DNA of 64,000 nucleotides from an uncultured Dehalococcoidia bacterium (GCA_950072105.1 CATMOE010000008.1:12237-76236); one strand, 5' to 3'; positions 36,973 to 47,229 are shown, counted from the stretch's first letter. Program-made: numbers and translations. The notes: generated by a model from the sequence alone, not told the origin.

Positions 36973-38064
36973 CTATTCTGATTCGCCTACGGCGCCCGGG
37001 TTTTCGATGAAGTCTTCCACCATCTTCCTCGCAACATCGTCGGTAAATTGGTCCGGTGGCGATTTCATAAAGTACGCGCTGGGGCCTTGGAGGGCTCCGC
37101 TGATGCCCCGGTCAAGGGCCAACTTGGCGCAGCGTACCGCATCGACAACGACGCCTGCTGAGTTGGGGCTATCCCAGACTTCCAGCTTGACTTCCATGTT
37201 GATCGGCGCACCGCCGAAAGAGCGCCCCTCAATACGGATGTGGCACCATTTGCGGTCTTGGAGCCATGGTACATGGTCGCTGGGACCGACATGGATATCA
37301 TCGGGGTCGATTCCCTCGTCCATCTGGGAGGTAACCGCGCTGGTTTTGGAGATTCTCTTGGAGACGGTCCGTTCCCGTTCCAGCAGGTTTAGGAAGTCGG
37401 TATTTCCGCCGAAGTTCAACTGATAGGTGTTCACGATCTTCACACCCCGGTCTTCAAACAAGCGGGTGAGCACCCGGTGGGTAATGGTCGCGCCCAATTG
37501 GGACTTGATATCGTCGCCTACTATGGGCACTCCGCGCTCCTCAAATCGCTTGCTCCAGTATTCCTCTTTGGCGATGAAAACCGGGATGCAGTTGACCATG
37601 GCGCACCTGGCTTCCAGGATCTGCTCCACGTACCATTTGGTGGCCATTTCGCTGCCCACAGGCAGGTAGTTGATCACCACGTCCACTTCTCGCTCTTTAA
37701 GGATGGCGGTAATGTTGGCGGTGGAGTGGGAGGATTTTTTCACCAGGTGGGATACGTATTTGCCGATGCCGTCGTGGGTCATGCCCCTTTCCACTGGAAC
37801 GCCCATGTGGGGCACGTCCGCAAACTTCAAGGTGTTGTTGGGTTCAGTGAATATGGCTTCGGAAACGTCCTTGCCGACCTTGTTCTGATCGATATCGAAA
37901 GCAGCCACCACTTCGATGTCTTCGATCCGGTAGTCGCCTATCTTGACGTGCATGATGCCCGGGACTTCGGAATCCTCGGGTAGCTCTACGTACTCGTGAA
38001 TACCCTGCACGAATGAAGAGGCGCAATTTCCTACGCCAATGATGGCGACTTTGATTTTCCCCAC
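36973..38064 (-). CDS. ino1: myo-inositol-1-phosphate synthase
   Basis: [18 protein letters not shown]... short bacterial/archaeal MIPS type, 363 aa. Confidence 0.85.
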   Translation of the reverse strand: MGKIKVAIIGVGNCASSFVQGIHEYVELPEDSEVPGIMHVKIGDYRIEDIEVVAAFDIDQNKVGKDVSEAIFTEPNNTLKFADVPHMGVPVERGMTHDGIGKYVSHLVKKSSHSTANITAILKEREVDVVINYLPVGSEMATKWYVEQILEARCAMVNCIPVFIAKEEYWSKRFEERGVPIVGDDIKSQLGATITHRVLTRLFEDRGVKIVNTYQLNFGGNTDFLNLLERERTVSKRISKTSAVTSQMDEGIDPDDIHVGPSDHVPWLQDRKWCHIRIEGRSFGGAPINMEVKLEVWDSPNSAGVVVDAVRCAKLALDRGISGALQGPSAYFMKSPPDQFTDDVARKMVEDFIENPGAVGESE

Positions 38065-38201
38065 GATTTGGGCTCCTTTATGACCTTTACCCGTGCTTCA
38101 CCGCACTGGGATCGGGCGGGTGAATTTTAGCAAGTTCCACTGGGCGCTACAAGAGGCTGGCTGGCGGGTTTTCTCTGAATATCCGCCATTAGGGTGCTAC
38201 A

Positions 38202-38888
38202 TCAGGCGGCAGGAGGGAAGAATCGGAAGATTGCTGTCCGGTCGTCGTGCCTAAAGCGTCTCCCCAATTGCTCTGGCACCCCGCCTTTACCAAGGCGGCC
38301 TTCCACGACCTCATTCGTTTTCTCCGCCGCGTCGCTGGCAGAAGGAGCGGCGCGGATGATGTCTGACAACTCCTCTACTAGCATATTGTCGGTCACTCCG
38401 TCGGTGGCCAGCACCAGTCGTGTGCCGGGTTCCACCGGAAGCTCGGCGCGGGCCAAGTTTGTGAGGGTTTCGTTGGCCCCGATCGCTTTGGCCACCCCCA
38501 CGTGCAGGAAACCGCCCATCCGGCCTGAGATCTGCCGGATGGAGTCACCGATAATGTGGAAGACCGGGCTATCCCCGGCGCTGATCACGTGCAGCTTGTC
38601 GTCTTGGTACAGAACGATCGATACGGTGGTCAACAAGAACCTTCCACCGCCGACCTCGTAAAACTCCTGGTTGACCGCCTCAAGGGCGGCGACGATGTCC
38701 TCGGGCGATTTGATAGTTGCCGCGGATAGGGCGTCCACCACCGACTGGCTGGCCTCCTCCCCGCCATGGCCGGTGACGCCGTCCATCACGCAATCCATGA
38801 AAGAATTATCGCCCAGGTCACGGAGCAGAAAGTTATCTTCTCCGTGAGATGAGTTATCTTGGAATGTAGCTACTGTGCTACTGAGCAT
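38202..38888 (-). CDS. PP2C/SpoIIE-like protein phosphatase
   Basis: DCVMDGVTGHGG, ISAGDSPVF and LVLATDGVTDN contexts. Confidence 0.65.
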   Translation of the reverse strand: MLSSTVATFQDNSSHGEDNFLLRDLGDNSFMDCVMDGVTGHGGEEASQSVVDALSAATIKSPEDIVAALEAVNQEFYEVGGGRFLLTTVSIVLYQDDKLHVISAGDSPVFHIIGDSIRQISGRMGGFLHVGVAKAIGANETLTNLARAELPVEPGTRLVLATDGVTDNMLVEELSDIIRAAPSASDAAEKTNEVVEGRLGKGGVPEQLGRRFRHDDRTAIFRFFPPAA

Positions 38889-38932
38889 GTTCCTTGTCCT
38901 TCATTGTTTCTATACGGATTTGGCTGTCGGGA

Positions 38933-40003
38933 TCAGCGGTCGAAAGCCGCTAATTCGACTTCGGCGTCGAAAAGGTATTTGTTCCAGTGGTCTTCTTTAA
39001 GCCAGTTTAGCGCCTCTCCCCATGCCAGGCGCATCTTATCCATGCCCTCCAGATCCTCGTCTCGTTGATCAACTGCCGTCAGGTAGGAGTTCAAGTCCTG
39101 GCAGAAGCCGGCAAGGTCGGTATATGAGCGGTCGTGAACCCTGGCTATCATGTCCAGGGCAGCGGTTCGCACCGGCTCGTCCGTTTCGCCGAAAGCTGCG
39201 GCCATCTCGTCCAATTCCTCTAGGAAGTTGACCACCGGACGTTGACCGTAGGGTTCCCGGTAGTCCGCCGCATCCTCAGGATGCGTTTTGGGAGTGGCGT
39301 AAAATTTCAGCATTTCTAGACAGAAGTCGTGAATGTCCCTGGGCGGCCTACCCCGGCGGTCCGGCTCTCCATCCAAGGAAACCAGGTCACCACAATCGAC
39401 GACGGTTATATGGCCGGTTAATGGCTGGTAAAAAAGGTTTTGTGGGCGAAGGTCCAGCAAAATATAGCCGATCTGGATAAAAGATTCTTCCAACGTCAGT
39501 AATTGTTCGTGAACGGCGAATGGGGCGCGGTCCGGTGGGCGCAGCAATGGGTGTAAGGCGAACAGGTTCTGGCCTACACCGGTTGGGACTCCCGTGATGC
39601 GGGCTCTCATGTCCCCCACCATCAAAGGTATGCCTTTGGCTCGTTCTTCTACGATAACCCGGTATTCCTGCCCCAAGGAGTCGCCGTAGAACTGGTCGTG
39701 GATCGCTCGTTCCGTATATCCAACCATGGGCACTAAATTTTCGTTGGTCTGGCCGATCTGCTCTAGGACTTGAAGTGTACGATCGGTGCGCGCTTCGGTG
39801 CTGACGTGCATTCCCCGGCTTATCATCTGGGGTACGGGCCTCTTCAAAACCACCTGTTTGCCGGTTTCCTGGTCCAGCGCCGCTCGGACTTCATAGTCGG
39901 CGCCGGTACCCAAGATACCAGAGGTCTGGAAGCGGTCAAGGTCGACTTTTTGCATCAACATACGTCCGATCGCCAATCGCCCCATCACCGCGCCAAGAGC
40001 CAT
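38933..40003 (-). CDS. atypical protein-kinase-like protein
   Basis: LGTGADYEV...VVLKRP (Gly-loop and Lys), LLDLRPQNLF (catalytic-loop-like) and VVDCGD (DFG-like). Confidence 0.55.
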   Translation of the reverse strand: MALGAVMGRLAIGRMLMQKVDLDRFQTSGILGTGADYEVRAALDQETGKQVVLKRPVPQMISRGMHVSTEARTDRTLQVLEQIGQTNENLVPMVGYTERAIHDQFYGDSLGQEYRVIVEERAKGIPLMVGDMRARITGVPTGVGQNLFALHPLLRPPDRAPFAVHEQLLTLEESFIQIGYILLDLRPQNLFYQPLTGHITVVDCGDLVSLDGEPDRRGRPPRDIHDFCLEMLKFYATPKTHPEDAADYREPYGQRPVVNFLEELDEMAAAFGETDEPVRTAALDMIARVHDRSYTDLAGFCQDLNSYLTAVDQRDEDLEGMDKMRLAWGEALNWLKEDHWNKYLFDAEVELAAFDR

Positions 40004-40155
40004 TTCGCCAGCTTCGGCGGTGGCTGTTTCACAACCTGCGAGGACAGACCGATGGTACCCCCTCGTAGGGCAAAATGCAATAAATCAGACTGATTTCCCA
40101 AGGCTGCTCCTTTCCGTGGATCGATGCGCCGGTAAGGCGCTTGGTGAGCATGGAC

Positions 40156-41049
40156 CTAGGTTATGGGGCTGCGATATACCAGAGTTACCCATTCTTCCTG
40201 ATGCCACTCTTTGATATAGGTAAAGCCCAGATCCAATAGGACGGTTTCCACATCTTGGCGCTGAGACTCCATCAACCCGGAAGCTATCAGATGTCCACCG
40301 GCGATTAACGTAGGCAGGATATGAGGCGCGCGCTCCCCGACGGCACGGGCGGAAATGTTGGCGACCGCAACATCGAACTGCCCATTTCCCGCCAAAGGAT
40401 GAGGCACCGACCCCTGAGTCAACGCCACTAATTTCTGCACCCGGGTGCGGCGAAAGTTTTGCCGCGCGGCTCGCACCGCTTGAGGGTCGATGTCCAAGGC
40501 GACCACTCGCGATGCCCCTAGTTTGGCGGCGGTGATGGCGAGGATTCCGGAGCCGGTTCCCACGTCTAGGACGGCCATGCCGGGCTTCACAATATCTTCC
40601 AGTGCCTCCAAACAGGTATGGGTGGTGGGGTGATAGCCTGTGCCAAAGGCCATTCCGGGGTCCAGTTCAATCAATACGTCGCCGGGACCTTCTTCGTAGT
40701 CTATCCACGTGGGCTTTATCACCAAGTGACGGCCCACTCTAAGCAGATCAAAGTGGGACCGCCATTCGCTTTCCCAGTCTTGCTCCTCGGGCAAGGGGGT
40801 GATGGTCAAGTCTTCCATGGGCTCAAGAATGGCGACCAACCTCAGCCCCACCTCGATGCGGGCCAAACGTTGACGGGAATTGGCCGGCAGATAGGTCCGC
40901 ATCAAAACCAGGTCCGAGGCGTCTCGTTCCTGCCCCCGTTCCCGTACTCTTTCCATCGAAAGGCCACGGCCGTAGCGGCCGAACAAATACGAAACCGGTT
41001 CCACGTATTCGTATGGCACTCGAATGCTAAGCTCTTGCCAGGACATCAA
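40156..41049 (-). CDS. prmA: ribosomal protein L11 methyltransferase
   Basis: SWQELSIRVP..., FGTGYHPTTHTCLEAL and DVGTGSGILAI. Confidence 0.9.
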   Translation of the reverse strand: MMSWQELSIRVPYEYVEPVSYLFGRYGRGLSMERVRERGQERDASDLVLMRTYLPANSRQRLARIEVGLRLVAILEPMEDLTITPLPEEQDWESEWRSHFDLLRVGRHLVIKPTWIDYEEGPGDVLIELDPGMAFGTGYHPTTHTCLEALEDIVKPGMAVLDVGTGSGILAITAAKLGASRVVALDIDPQAVRAARQNFRRTRVQKLVALTQGSVPHPLAGNGQFDVAVANISARAVGERAPHILPTLIAGGHLIASGLMESQRQDVETVLLDLGFTYIKEWHQEEWVTLVYRSPIT

Positions 41050-41129
41050 CTCTCCGAAAAAAACCCGGGCGGCAAAGCAACCCGAGCGTCTGGGTCTAAA
41101 ACTTGCGGGTCAAGGCTACGTTCTAATGC

Positions 41130-42290
41130 CTAGCCCAAGACTTCCTTGATCCGCTCGAATATTCCCTTGTCGCTATCGTCATCTGATCCCTGGTCCACGC
41201 CGCCGGAGTCGTTGCCGCTTTGGCTGGAGTTGAGGGAACGGGCCAACTCCTCCAGCAATCTGCGTTGTTCCGGATCCAGCGCTTGGGGAACTTGCAGGTT
41301 CACCAATACTCGCAGGTCTCCGCGGCGGTTACCGTGCAGGTGAGGAACACCTTTACCCCGTATTCGGAATTCGGTGCCCGGTTGAGTCCCTTGGGGGACC
41401 TTGATCTTTTCGGTGCTCCCGTCCAGGGTGGGCACTTCTTTTTCCACGCCCAAGGCGGCTTCCGCCACGTTGACCGGGAGATAATACAACAGGTCATTGC
41501 CATCCCGGTCGAACTGTTTGTGGTCCCGTACATCAAGATGTATGTAAAGGTTGCCCGCAGGTCCGCCACCCCGCCCCACGTCCCCTTCGCCGGTAAGACG
41601 TACCTGCATCCCAGCCTCTACTCCCGCCGGGATGGTGACGGATATCTTCCGCTTACGGCGGTCTATGCCGGAGGCTCGGCAAGCGGTACAGGGAGTTTTT
41701 ATGACCTTTCCAGAACCTCGGCAGGCTGGACAGGCGCTAACCTGGGCGAATTGGCCGAAGATACTTCTCTGGGACCGCCGAACCTGCCCACTGCCCCGAC
41801 AGGTGGTGCAGGAGCTTATTTCCGAGCCGGGTTCGTTGCCTTCGCCCGAGCAGTGTTGACACGGTTCCTGACGGGTAATCTCCACCTCACGTTCGGTGCC
41901 GAAGACGGCTTCGTGGAACTCAAGGACAACCCTTTGTTGAAGGTCTTCGCCGCGCTGAGCCTGACGCTCTCGCCGCCCGGAGACATCACCGAAGAATGAA
42001 TCGAAAATGTCTCCGAAACCACCGAACACGTCGAAGCCGTCGAAGGGCCGGTCTTGACCGCCGTTGGAGCCAACCCCGGGGCGTCCGAAACGATCGTATT
42101 GGGCCCGCTTCTTGGGGTCGGAGAGTACTTGATAAGCTTCGTTGATCTCCTTGAATTTATCTTCCGCGCCTTCGCTCTTGTTCCGGTCTGGATGAAACTC
42201 CATGGCCTTTTTGCGAAAGGCTCGTCGAATCTCCTCTTCATTGTCGGTTCTGGCTACTCCCAGAGCCTCATAGAAGTCCTTATCGGCCAT
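41130..42290 (-). CDS. dnaJ: molecular chaperone DnaJ
   Basis: J domain with HPD (FHPDRN), a G/F region, and four CxxCxGxG zinc-finger repeats. Confidence 0.95.
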   Translation of the reverse strand: MADKDFYEALGVARTDNEEEIRRAFRKKAMEFHPDRNKSEGAEDKFKEINEAYQVLSDPKKRAQYDRFGRPGVGSNGGQDRPFDGFDVFGGFGDIFDSFFGDVSGRRERQAQRGEDLQQRVVLEFHEAVFGTEREVEITRQEPCQHCSGEGNEPGSEISSCTTCRGSGQVRRSQRSIFGQFAQVSACPACRGSGKVIKTPCTACRASGIDRRKRKISVTIPAGVEAGMQVRLTGEGDVGRGGGPAGNLYIHLDVRDHKQFDRDGNDLLYYLPVNVAEAALGVEKEVPTLDGSTEKIKVPQGTQPGTEFRIRGKGVPHLHGNRRGDLRVLVNLQVPQALDPEQRRLLEELARSLNSSQSGNDSGGVDQGSDDDSDKGIFERIKEVLG

Positions 42291-42336
42291 GCAATGTCAC
42301 CTACTGTGGCTAACTTCATTGGATATAGTCTGGTTC

Positions 42337-42365
42337 ATTATAGTGCAGCCAGGCGGCACGCTCAA
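42337..42365 (-). promoter_or_regulatory. candidate dnaJ promoter TTGAGC-17 nt-TATAAT (minus strand)
   Basis: Minus-strand TTGAGC (42360-42365) and TATAAT (42337-42342), about 45 nt upstream of the dnaJ ATG. Confidence 0.4.
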
Positions 42366-42585
42366 TAGCGCGAACTACCCGGTAATGCCTTTTAATCGCC
42401 GAATTTAGGCTGTTGAACCGGTAGCCACCGAAGCGGTAGTCGTTGCAATGGCCGTAGATGAGCGAAAATGGCGTGTCGAAATGATCACCTCTCCTTGACA
42501 CCGGTGACCCTCATCGTTAGCATGTAAGTTTAAGTGTGGTAACCAATTTACTCAGTATAATCGACGGATAAGGAGAGGTGATAAG

Positions 42586-44118
42586 GTGCTAACTACAACT
42601 GTCATCATAGTCCTGGCCGTCCTTGCGGTTGCTGGGTTTGGGGTATCTGCATGGTTGACCCTCAGATCAAAGTTTGACGGTACAAAGGTAGACAACGCCA
42701 GGGAGAGAGCTGAAACCATAGTAACGCAGGCGGAGGAGGAGCAGCGTAAGCTCCTTCTTGCTGCTCAGGAAGACGTCCTTAAACTTCGCACCGAAGGTGA
42801 GAACGAAGTTAAAGAACAGCGCCAGGAGCTAAACCGGCAAGAACGCCGGTTCTTCCAACGGGAAGAGCAACTGGAGCGGAAGACTGAAAACCTGGATCGG
42901 TTGCAAGATGAGCTTAGCGGCAAAGAAGCCGAGGTCAAACAGACCTTGGTTGAGGCCGAAGAGATCAAAGGTAAACAACAGGAAGCTCTCGAAAGCGTAG
43001 CCGGTCTAAATGTAGCCGACGCACGGCAGATAGTCGTTAAGCGGGGCGAGGAAGAAGCCCAGCACGATCTGTCCCGCCGGTACTATGAGCTGGAAAAAGA
43101 ACACAAGGCGAGAGCGGACGATAACGCCCGCAAGATCATTACCCTGGCGATTAACCGTCTAGCAACGGATGTTGTTTCTGAGGCAACAACCTCGGTAGTA
43201 TCCCTGCCCAACGATGAGATGAAAGGACGTCTCATAGGCCGAGAAGGGCGAAACATACGTACTTTGGAGGCCCTGACTGGCGTCGATGTGATCATCGACG
43301 ATACCCCGGAAGTAGTGACGATTTCCTGCTTCGACCCCGTCCGGCGGGAGATCGCGCGTTTGTCATTAGAGAAACTTATCTCGGATGGGCGCATTCAACC
43401 CGCCCGGATCGAAGACGTGGTACTGCGTGCCCAAAAAGATATTGAGCAGACCATCTGGAAAGCCGGGGAGCAAGCCACCTTCGATGTTGGAATAAGCGGT
43501 CTGGATACGGAGCTTATCAGGCTCTTGGGGCATCTCAAATACCGTTATAGCTACGGTGAAAACGTATTGAAGCACTCTGTGGAGGTTGCTCTACTGTCGG
43601 GTATGCTGGCTGCTGAAGCCGGCGCCAACGTAGAAGTAGCCAAAATGGGTGGGTTACTACACGACATCGGCAAAGCCCTAACCCATGAAATCTCCGGGCC
43701 CCATGCTGAAATAGGCGCGGAGATCGCTCAGAAGCATGGTATCAACTATAGCTCCTACCGAGGGATTCTCGAGCATCACGACGACGAGCACGAGACTATC
43801 GAGTCTTTCTTGGTGGCTAGCGCCGACGCGATTAGCGCATCCCGGCCTGGGGCTCGCAAAGAGTCCTTGGAACTCTATGTTAAGCGGCTTAAGGACTTGG
43901 AACAGGCCGCCGCCGGCTTTAGCGGTGTAGAGCGGGTATTTGCGATTCAAGCCGGTCGTGAGGTAAGGGTTATGGTGAAGCCGGAAGACATGGACGACGT
44001 CGAGTCAGCCTCGCTGGCCCGCAACATAGCCCGTAAGGTAGAGGAAGACCTGGTCTTTCCCGGGCAGATCAAGGTAACGGTTATCCGGGAGACCCGCAAC
44101 GTGGAATTCGCTAGGTAG
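42586..44118 (+). CDS. rny: ribonuclease Y
   Basis: N-terminal TM, a Glu/Lys-rich coiled coil, KH (GREGRNIRTLEALTGVDVIIDD) and HD (LLHDIGKA). AGGAGAGG precedes the GTG. Confidence 0.95.
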   Translation: MLTTTVIIVLAVLAVAGFGVSAWLTLRSKFDGTKVDNARERAETIVTQAEEEQRKLLLAAQEDVLKLRTEGENEVKEQRQELNRQERRFFQREEQLERKTENLDRLQDELSGKEAEVKQTLVEAEEIKGKQQEALESVAGLNVADARQIVVKRGEEEAQHDLSRRYYELEKEHKARADDNARKIITLAINRLATDVVSEATTSVVSLPNDEMKGRLIGREGRNIRTLEALTGVDVIIDDTPEVVTISCFDPVRREIARLSLEKLISDGRIQPARIEDVVLRAQKDIEQTIWKAGEQATFDVGISGLDTELIRLLGHLKYRYSYGENVLKHSVEVALLSGMLAAEAGANVEVAKMGGLLHDIGKALTHEISGPHAEIGAEIAQKHGINYSSYRGILEHHDDEHETIESFLVASADAISASRPGARKESLELYVKRLKDLEQAAAGFSGVERVFAIQAGREVRVMVKPEDMDDVESASLARNIARKVEEDLVFPGQIKVTVIRETRNVEFAR

Positions 44119-44187
44119 ACGACGATTTCGCCAGTGGTGAAAGCGTCGCGGTAGGCAACCAACCTAACGGTCCAGGTAGACTTGGAT

Positions 44188-44221
44188 GAGGGGACCCAAG
44201 AACCGAAACTTGGGTCCCCTC
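44188..44221 (+). other. 13-bp perfect hairpin between rny and ymdB (attenuator or RNA-stability element?)
   Basis: GAGGGGACCCAAG-AACCGAAA-CTTGGGTCCCCTC. No U-tract follows. Confidence 0.45.
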
Positions 44222-44300
44222 AAGCTGTGTGAATGATTGGAATTCCAGGCTAGTTTCCAGCCCAGCTTCCAGATTGGACATCTCCAGGGGGAAATCGGTT

Positions 44301-45071
44301 TTGCGTATCCTTATGATTGGGGACATAATCGGCAAACCCGGTAGGCGGGCGGTGCGAAGTATCGTGGGGGACCTACGCCGGGAACATAGCATCGACATGG
44401 TGATTGCCAACGGAGAAAACGTGGCCGGGGGATTCGGAATCACATTGGACACGGCCTATGAACTGTTGGAAAGCGGTGTCGATGTCATCACCTCAGGGAA
44501 TCACATCTGGGACCAGAAGGAAATAATCCCTCACCTGGATGAGGGTTTGCCCATTCTACGTCCGGCCAACTATCCTGACGCTCCGGGCCGGGGTTACTTG
44601 ATCCAAGAAGACGTCATGGTTATGAACCTGATGGGCCGGGTCTTCATGCCTGCCTTGGACTGCCCATTTCGTACCGCCAGCCGGTTGCTGAAAGAATCCG
44701 GTAGGGAAGACGTTCCCGGGGTTATCATCGTCGACTTCCACGCCGAGGCCACATCAGAGAAGCAAGCGATGGGTTGGTATTTAGACGGCCGGGTTAGCGC
44801 GGTGTTGGGTACCCATACCCACGTGGGGACGGTGGACGGCCGAATCATGCCCAAAGGGACCGCATATCTGTCCGATGTGGGAATGACCGGCCCGGTGGAA
44901 TCTGTGATAGGTAGCGAACCGGAGGCCGTTCTCACCCGTTTCCTCACTGGCATGCCCCACCGGCTGGCCGTAGCCGGCGGCCCGGTGAAGATGAACTCGG
45001 TCCTGCTGGATATTGACACTGAAACTGGAAAGGCGCGATCTATCGAGCGCCTGGACATTATGGAGAGCTAA
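44301..45071 (+). CDS. ymdB: YmdB-family metallophosphoesterase (TIGR00282-like)
   Basis: RILMIGDIIGKPGRRAV...ANGENVAGGFGIT...DFHAEATSEK. I preferred the TTG at 44301 over the ORF-track start at 44229. Confidence 0.8.
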   Translation: MRILMIGDIIGKPGRRAVRSIVGDLRREHSIDMVIANGENVAGGFGITLDTAYELLESGVDVITSGNHIWDQKEIIPHLDEGLPILRPANYPDAPGRGYLIQEDVMVMNLMGRVFMPALDCPFRTASRLLKESGREDVPGVIIVDFHAEATSEKQAMGWYLDGRVSAVLGTHTHVGTVDGRIMPKGTAYLSDVGMTGPVESVIGSEPEAVLTRFLTGMPHRLAVAGGPVKMNSVLLDIDTETGKARSIERLDIMES

Positions 45072-45072
45072 A

Positions 45073-45945
45073 ATGAGTGCCCTGGTTGACTTGCACCTTC
45101 ACACTACCGCTTCAGACGGCCGGTTGTCTCCGGCTGAACTGGTCCGGCTTTTGGCTAAGCAAGGATTGAAGCAGGTGGCCATATCGGACCACGATACCAC
45201 CGAAGGGCTGGAAGAAGCCTTCGCCGCGGCGAAGGAATTTCCGGACATGCGGATAATTCCCGCCATTGAGTTAAGCACGGATATCCCCGGCGATGAAGTC
45301 CATATGCTCGGCTACTTCCTCCGGTATGAAGATGAAGAGCTACAAACAATCTTGCGCCAATTTCGGGCGGGCCGTTTGGAGCGAGGCCGGATGATTGTCG
45401 AAAAATTGGCCACTCTGGGCATCCATGTCGAATGGGAGAGAGTTCAGGAGATCGCCGGGGAAGGGGCGGTAGGGCGCCCCCATATCGCCCTTGCGATGGT
45501 GGAAAAAGGTTACTGCAAAGAACCTAAAGACGCCTTCCCGGAATACCTGGGACGCAACGGTCTGGCCTACGTGGAGCGGTCTAAGATGACGCCACCGGAA
45601 GCGGTGGAGATGCTGATACGGTTTGGAGCGGTACCGGTGCTAGCTCACCCAGCTTACCTGGTGAACATGGAGTCGACGATCGCCGAGTTAGCCGAAGCGG
45701 GCATCGTGGGCCTGGAGGTCTATTACGCGCAATTCAGCCCGGAAACGGTGGAACAACTTGCCCGATTGGCATCTCAACATGGGCTGATCCCTTGTGGTGG
45801 CAGTGATTATCATGGCCTGGGGAACGAAGGAGAGCCACTCCCCGGCACATTAGGACCGCCTTTGGAGACTGTGGAACTACTGGAGCAAGCGGCGGAAAAG
45901 ATCGCCGCGGCCGTCGGAAGACAGGCGCGAGTCAGCGCACAATGA
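45073..45945 (+). CDS. PHP-domain phosphoesterase (TrpH/YciV-like)
   Basis: VDLHLHTTASDGRLSP...ISDHDT.... ATG at 45073, directly after the ymdB stop. Confidence 0.8.
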   Translation: MSALVDLHLHTTASDGRLSPAELVRLLAKQGLKQVAISDHDTTEGLEEAFAAAKEFPDMRIIPAIELSTDIPGDEVHMLGYFLRYEDEELQTILRQFRAGRLERGRMIVEKLATLGIHVEWERVQEIAGEGAVGRPHIALAMVEKGYCKEPKDAFPEYLGRNGLAYVERSKMTPPEAVEMLIRFGAVPVLAHPAYLVNMESTIAELAEAGIVGLEVYYAQFSPETVEQLARLASQHGLIPCGGSDYHGLGNEGEPLPGTLGPPLETVELLEQAAEKIAAAVGRQARVSAQ

Positions 45946-46667
45946 TGCCGATGGAATTATTAGGTCTATACGCCTTTTCCTATCTATTAGGTTCAATTCC
46001 CACCGCTTATCTGGTCGGCAGGCTGGTCAAGCATGTGGATATCCGCGACTATGGCAGCGGCAACGTGGGCGGATCTAACTTATCGCACCACGTTGGCAAA
46101 AGATGGACTGTGCCTCAATGCCTATTGGACGTTGTGGTCAAAGGATCTGTTCCAATATGGATCGGGCTGTATGGTCTGGGGCTCGACCCGACAGCGCCGT
46201 TGCTGGTGGTAGTGCCCCTGCTGGCCGTCCTAGGGCACAACTGGAGTATCTACTTGAAATTCCAGGGCGGCCGCGGCATCGCCGTGGTTTTTGGCACCCT
46301 TCTAGCATTGGCCCCGCTGCTGTTGGCGGCGTTTGCCATGGTTGCGCTAGTTGGCTGGGTAATGACCAGAAGCGCCGGGGTTTGGGTATTGATCTCTTTG
46401 CTACTGTTGCCCTTGTGGGTAATGCTAATGCCCACATGGGCTGTTTTGGGTGGCGACCGGTTAGTGATAGGTTGGTTTTGCGGTGGGTTGGTGGGGCTGA
46501 TTGTTCTGAAGCGGTTGGTATCTAATTGGACTCCCCTTTACAAAGGACTACCCAGAAAAAAGGTTTTGTTTAATCGACTTTTTCGGGACCGGGATATTGA
46601 CGACCGGAACGAGTGGGTCTCGGTCGGGGGCATCGAGACTCAATCGGAGCGGCCGACCGAAGGCTAG
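45942..46667 (+). CDS. plsY: glycerol-3-phosphate acyltransferase PlsY
   Basis: YLLGSIPTAYLVGRL...GSGNVGGSN...DVVVKG...GHNWSIYLKFQGGRGIA. ATGA overlap with the upstream stop. Confidence 0.8.
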   Translation: MMPMELLGLYAFSYLLGSIPTAYLVGRLVKHVDIRDYGSGNVGGSNLSHHVGKRWTVPQCLLDVVVKGSVPIWIGLYGLGLDPTAPLLVVVPLLAVLGHNWSIYLKFQGGRGIAVVFGTLLALAPLLLAAFAMVALVGWVMTRSAGVWVLISLLLLPLWVMLMPTWAVLGGDRLVIGWFCGGLVGLIVLKRLVSNWTPLYKGLPRKKVLFNRLFRDRDIDDRNEWVSVGGIETQSERPTEG

Positions 46668-46698
46668 CATCAGGCGAATGGGATATTGTTGAATCAAC

Positions 46699-47229
46699 AT
46701 GACCATGAATCAATCACAACAAGAGGAATTGATCCTAGGATCGGTTAACTACTGCTACCGGCATCCCGATGTCGAGACTGGGTTGTCATGCAGCCAGTGC
46801 GCAAAGTCCGTCTGTATCGACTGCATGGTTCAGGCCCCGGTTGGGATCCGTTGCCGCGAGTGCGGCAAAGCAGTCAAGATGCCGACCTATGACATTTCAC
46901 GCGGTTACTACGCGCGGGCCGCCGGAGTGGGTGCGGGGGTGGCGATCGGCGGTGGCCTGATGTGGGCGCTAGTCAATTTTGTCAACTTCAACTTCTTCGG
47001 CCTCCCATACCTAGCGTCTCTGATCGGCCTGGGTATCGGCTACGGTGCGGGAGAGTTGATCAGCAGGTCGGTCAACGGTAAACGAGGCTCCGGCCTGGCT
47101 TGGATATCCGCTTGCTCAGTGATTGGAGCGTTCTTGGTAAGTTGGCAAACCGTCCCGTTCTCATTGGGTATTTTCGGTTTGCTCCTCATCGGTTTCGGCG
47201 TCTACACTGCCGTTCAGAGGGTCCGATAA
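46699..47229 (+). CDS. membrane protein with N-terminal B-box-like zinc-ribbon
   Basis: CYRHPDVETGLSCSQCAKSVCIDCMV...IRCRECG followed by about 4 TM segments. Confidence 0.5.
   Translation: MTMNQSQQEELILGSVNYCYRHPDVETGLSCSQCAKSVCIDCMVQAPVGIRCRECGKAVKMPTYDISRGYYARAAGVGAGVAIGGGLMWALVNFVNFNFFGLPYLASLIGLGIGYGAGELISRSVNGKRGSGLAWISACSVIGAFLVSWQTVPFSLGIFGLLLIGFGVYTAVQRVR

Noticed and set aside
42316-42501. 61-aa ORF upstream of dnaJ
   Set aside because: It has no RBS, and a good TTGAGC-17-TATAAT dnaJ promoter lies inside it. It is more likely non-coding leader/promoter DNA.
47161-47229. 69-nt convergent overlap of recX with the B-box membrane protein gene, as a possible antisense regulatory arrangement
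   Set aside because: Both C-termini are poorly conserved tails, so the overlap may reflect only the position of the first available stop codons. I have no independent evidence of function.
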